Positions 33,288-36,236 of a stretch of 36,236 nt of DNA are shown here, piece after piece; position 1 is the first letter of the stretch, and every line of letters starts with the position of its first letter. This stretch comes from Anaerolineales bacterium UBA4823 (lineage in GTDB: Bacteria > Chloroflexota > Anaerolineae > Anaerolineales > UBA4823). Where the stretch lies: the NCBI GenBank assembly GCA_002402275.1, contig DHFN01000025.1, positions 1 to 36,236 on the forward strand. Reading direction: 5' to 3'. Both the position numbers and the translations under genes were made by a program. The notes beneath the pieces are model-generated. The model searched no databases. It was not told the DNA's origin and saw nothing but the letters and a program-made list of their open reading frames with translations.

Positions 33288-34370
33288 ATGAAAATAATTC
33301 TGGTAAGTCCATCTTTACGGATGGGGGGTTCAGAAAGAGTGGTTTCATTACTCACCCAAGAGTGGAGCAAAGATCATGATGTGACTTTGGTTTTATTTAA
33401 TTCCCAAGAAATTGCTTATCCTTATCATGCTAAACTTGTAGATTTAAATTATCCAGCTAAGAAGAGTGTCTTTGGAAAAATTTCGAACTTCTTTAAGCGT
33501 ATTATTCATTTATGCAAGCTGTTTAATGAAATCGAACCGGATATGATTTTTTCTTTTATGGAAACTGCTAATTTTCCTACCATTCTGGCAGCCCTTTTTT
33601 CACGGAATCTTTCTAAAACAAATATCAGTGTCCACAATAACCCAAAATTCTTTTTGAGTTCACATAAAATATTCATCAGCTTGCTCTATCGGCTACCCCC
33701 GCGAGTGATCGTCGTTTCTTCTGGAATTAAGAATGCCATAACACCATATTTTGTCCCAGCTCAAAAAATCGTTTGCATTCCAAATCCAATCTCTTTAGAG
33801 CAAATTTCCCGAGCTCTGAACCAAAAACAGCCCATAGACCTTGACCTTCCGCCCCAATACATTTTAGCGGTTGGGAGATTACATATTGCCAAAGGCTTCG
33901 ACCGTTTAATTCAGGCATTTGCAAAAATGAATAACCCGGAAATCCATCTAGTTATTTTGGGATCGGGGGATGAATTAAATAACTTGAAGGATTTAGCTTG
34001 TGCTTTAAACGTTTATGATCGAACTCACTTTTTGGGTAATGTTGATAATCCCTTTCAGGTTTATCCGAAAGCAGCTTGCCTGGTATTAAGTTCTAGGTAT
34101 GAAGGATTTGGACTGGTTCTCCTTGAAGCATTAGCTTGCAATTGTCCAATAATCAGCTATGATTGCGATTATGGTCCCTCTGACTTTATTCAAAATGGAT
34201 TTAACGGTATTTTAGTGAAAGAAGGGGATATTGAAGCTTTAGCAGAAGCCATAGAAGAACTCATCCAGAATCCGTCATTACGGGCTCGATTAATCGCCCA
34301 TGGAAATGAAACTGCCCAGCAGTATGATATTCAGAAAATTGCCAATTTATACCTGTCAATACATTCCTGA
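33288..34370 (+). CDS. Glycosyltransferase family 4 (GT-B fold)
   Basis: N-terminal GGSERVV and C-terminal SSRYEGFGLVLLEALACNCPIIS (E-x7-E region), typical of GT4/Glycos_transf_1. Confidence 0.8.
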   Translation: MKIILVSPSLRMGGSERVVSLLTQEWSKDHDVTLVLFNSQEIAYPYHAKLVDLNYPAKKSVFGKISNFFKRIIHLCKLFNEIEPDMIFSFMETANFPTILAALFSRNLSKTNISVHNNPKFFLSSHKIFISLLYRLPPRVIVVSSGIKNAITPYFVPAQKIVCIPNPISLEQISRALNQKQPIDLDLPPQYILAVGRLHIAKGFDRLIQAFAKMNNPEIHLVILGSGDELNNLKDLACALNVYDRTHFLGNVDNPFQVYPKAACLVLSSRYEGFGLVLLEALACNCPIISYDCDYGPSDFIQNGFNGILVKEGDIEALAEAIEELIQNPSLRARLIAHGNETAQQYDIQKIANLYLSIHS

Positions 34371-34372
34371 TT

Positions 34373-35497
34373 ATGTCGGATAAATTCATCCCTCCTACTC
34401 AAATTGACTGGTTCATCACCCAGATGAAAATCAAAGGGGGTGTCGAGCGATTGGTCTTCAATCTTCTCCCGATTTTAAATGAACAAGGCTGGAAAATACG
34501 CTTAATCACCTTAACCAGGGATCAAGATTATTCTATTCAATTGAAGGAGCAAGGCATTGAGGTCGTTTCATTAGACGCACACGCTAAATGGGATATTAAA
34601 GCGCTCGCCAAACTTTTCCACCTTTGGAAAACCTCACCCCCGGTCATCCTGCATACCCACCTTTATCATGCTGGAATCGTAGGACGATGGGTGGGACATT
34701 TATGTGGGATTCCAATTATTCTCTGCCACCAAGCTGGACCTGAACTCGATCGCTCCCATTTCCGAAGCTATTTGGATTCCCTCTCGAATGGTTTAGTTAA
34801 TCTTTATCTTGTTAGCTGCCAAGCGGTCGCCAATATTCTTCACCAACGGGAAGGCATCCCTTATAGCAAGATTTCATTAATTCCAAACGGTATTCCCATT
34901 CCACCCCAGCCAAAACAATACCTCCATCAAGCACATGACACTCCATTAAAACTTATCACTATCGGAAGGCTAACCCCCGAGAAAAATCAGCGAATATTAC
35001 TTAGTGTAGTGACAGACTTGATCCAAGCAGGAATTCCGTTTCATCTTGATATTCTCGGTGAAGGTAAGGAAAGAATCAATCTAGAAAAATTAAGCAAAAA
35101 GCTAGGTATAGCTGACCATATTTCATTTCAAGGTTACCAAACCAATCCCGCTGAATGGTTGAACAACGCGGATATATTTATCCTTCCTTCAAAATGGGAA
35201 GGTGTTTCACTCGCTTTACTGGAGGCAATGGCAATGGCTCTGCCAGTCATCGCTACTAATCGCGGAGGTACAATAGAGGTGATTCAACCTGAGCAGACCG
35301 GCATCTTGGTCTCGCCGGATAACCCACAGGAGATCATCCAAGCTGTTCAACGCCTTTACTTGAATCCCCAATACAGACAAACTCTTGGAAACAATGCCAG
35401 GAAATTTATCGAAGAAAACTATTCGATCCAATCTACCCTCCAGAAACTCGAAGAGCTTTATCAAGCCCAATTATCGAAATTATCTTGGAAAAAATGA
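34373..35497 (+). CDS. Glycosyltransferase family 4 (GT-B fold)
   Basis: PSKWEGVSLALLEAMAMALPVIATNRGG E-x7-E region. It starts 2 nt after the previous GT gene. Confidence 0.8.
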   Translation: MSDKFIPPTQIDWFITQMKIKGGVERLVFNLLPILNEQGWKIRLITLTRDQDYSIQLKEQGIEVVSLDAHAKWDIKALAKLFHLWKTSPPVILHTHLYHAGIVGRWVGHLCGIPIILCHQAGPELDRSHFRSYLDSLSNGLVNLYLVSCQAVANILHQREGIPYSKISLIPNGIPIPPQPKQYLHQAHDTPLKLITIGRLTPEKNQRILLSVVTDLIQAGIPFHLDILGEGKERINLEKLSKKLGIADHISFQGYQTNPAEWLNNADIFILPSKWEGVSLALLEAMAMALPVIATNRGGTIEVIQPEQTGILVSPDNPQEIIQAVQRLYLNPQYRQTLGNNARKFIEENYSIQSTLQKLEELYQAQLSKLSWKK

Positions 35498-36236
35498 CCT
35501 CACTTGACAAATACTCGTTGGCTTTAAATAAGATCACTCCAATTAATCAACCTATTCGGATCTTGCACATCATTACCCGAATGATTGTTGGGGGAGCCCA
35601 AGAAAATACGATGTATACAGCTGCTTTATTAGATAAGAGTAGATTTCAAGTGGAGGTCATCTGTGGTCCGCAAACTGGCAGCGAAGGTTCTTTGATCGAG
35701 GAAGCTCGCAATCTTGGTGTAAAAATTACAATTGTTCCCGAATTGCTCCGGGAGATTAATCCGCTTAAAGACCTGATTGCCTTAATCAAGCTCTATTCAA
35801 TAATCAAACACAATCAATATGCATTGGTGCACACTCATTCCTCTAAAGCTGGAATATTAGGCCGTATCGCAGCTAAGTTAGCTGGCACGCCAGTTATCCT
35901 CCATACAGTCCATGGTTGGAGTTTTCATGATTACATGCCGTTATTCAAGAAAGAAATGTACATCTTTCTGGAAAGGTTAACCGCCCGTTTCTGTCAAAGA
36001 ATTATTGTTGTTTCTATGGTAGACCAGCAAAAAGGGCTGATCAATAAAATCGGAAAACCAGAACAATATCAATTAATCCGCTCGGCAATTCCATTGGATC
36101 AGTTTCAACCCAAAGCAAAATTAAAACCCCAGATTCATCTCCAACTTGGAGTTCCAATTGACGCACCTATTGTAGGAACAGTCAGTCGGCTTTCTCCGCA
36201 AAAAAACCCGCTCGAGTGGGTAAAGATTGCTTCCCA
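35494..36236 (+). CDS. Glycosyltransferase family 4, 3'-truncated by the window edge (not in the ORF track)
   Basis: ATG 35494 overlaps the previous stop (ATGA). Hand translation gives MTSLDKYSLALNKITPINQPIRILHIITRMIVGGAQENT....VHTHSSKAGILGRIAAKLAGTPVILHTVHGWSFH, a typical GT4 N-terminal domain. The frame stays open to the end of the window. Confidence 0.75.
   Translation, partial: MTSLDKYSLALNKITPINQPIRILHIITRMIVGGAQENTMYTAALLDKSRFQVEVICGPQTGSEGSLIEEARNLGVKITIVPELLREINPLKDLIALIKLYSIIKHNQYALVHTHSSKAGILGRIAAKLAGTPVILHTVHGWSFHDYMPLFKKEMYIFLERLTARFCQRIIVVSMVDQQKGLINKIGKPEQYQLIRSAIPLDQFQPKAKLKPQIHLQLGVPIDAPIVGTVSRLSPQKNPLEWVKIAS

Noticed and set aside
1-36236. Search by eye for tRNA, rRNA, CRISPR arrays, prophage integrase/att sites and toxin-antitoxin pairs.
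   Set aside because: The non-coding intervals are short (mostly under 250 nt). None shows cloverleaf-like pairing, repeat-spacer structure or integrase genes. The absence is by inspection only and should be confirmed with tRNAscan-SE, Infernal and CRISPR finders.

Overview
The window looks like bacterial chromosome of about 40% G+C. My guess is Chloroflexi/Anaerolineae-like, based only on protein style, so confidence in that is low. It has four parts.

(1) 1-7335: a tightly packed hdrCBA-mvhDGA cluster encoding a heterodisulfide-reductase/group-3c-type [NiFe] hydrogenase. It is followed by a hydrogenase maturation protease and a stand-alone cNMP-binding protein.

(2) 7467-12023: a secreted protein made of two internal repeats, a pentapeptide-repeat protein, glpK and an MFS transporter.

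(3) 12030-19717: an insertion of about 7.7 kb. It is bounded by 11-bp terminal inverted repeats and a 12-bp target-site duplication, and it splits an otherwise compact MFS/degV junction. Its cargo has visibly higher G+C: response regulator, 1101-aa propeller/Y_Y_Y histidine kinase, second response regulator, and two secreted proteins of unknown function. Two arrays of 11-bp phased TTGTC(G/A)CA repeats lie in the cargo. The insertion also holds a GNAT gene fragment and a 651-bp IS remnant whose transposase frame carries three in-frame TAG codons.

(4) 19749-36236: a translationally coupled degV / MrfA(YprA)-like DUF1998 helicase / MrfB(YprB)-like exonuclease-TPR / bPH-SHOCT membrane protein operon, in which the helicase carries an inserted HNH nuclease motif. 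Next come a creatininase-family protein, a C45 peptidase, and a glycan/EPS locus (WecA-like fusion, giant Wzy_C-TPR protein, one GT2 and three GT4 genes, the last running off the window).

I saw no rRNA, tRNA or CRISPR array. All family calls come from motif recognition by eye; no searches were run.
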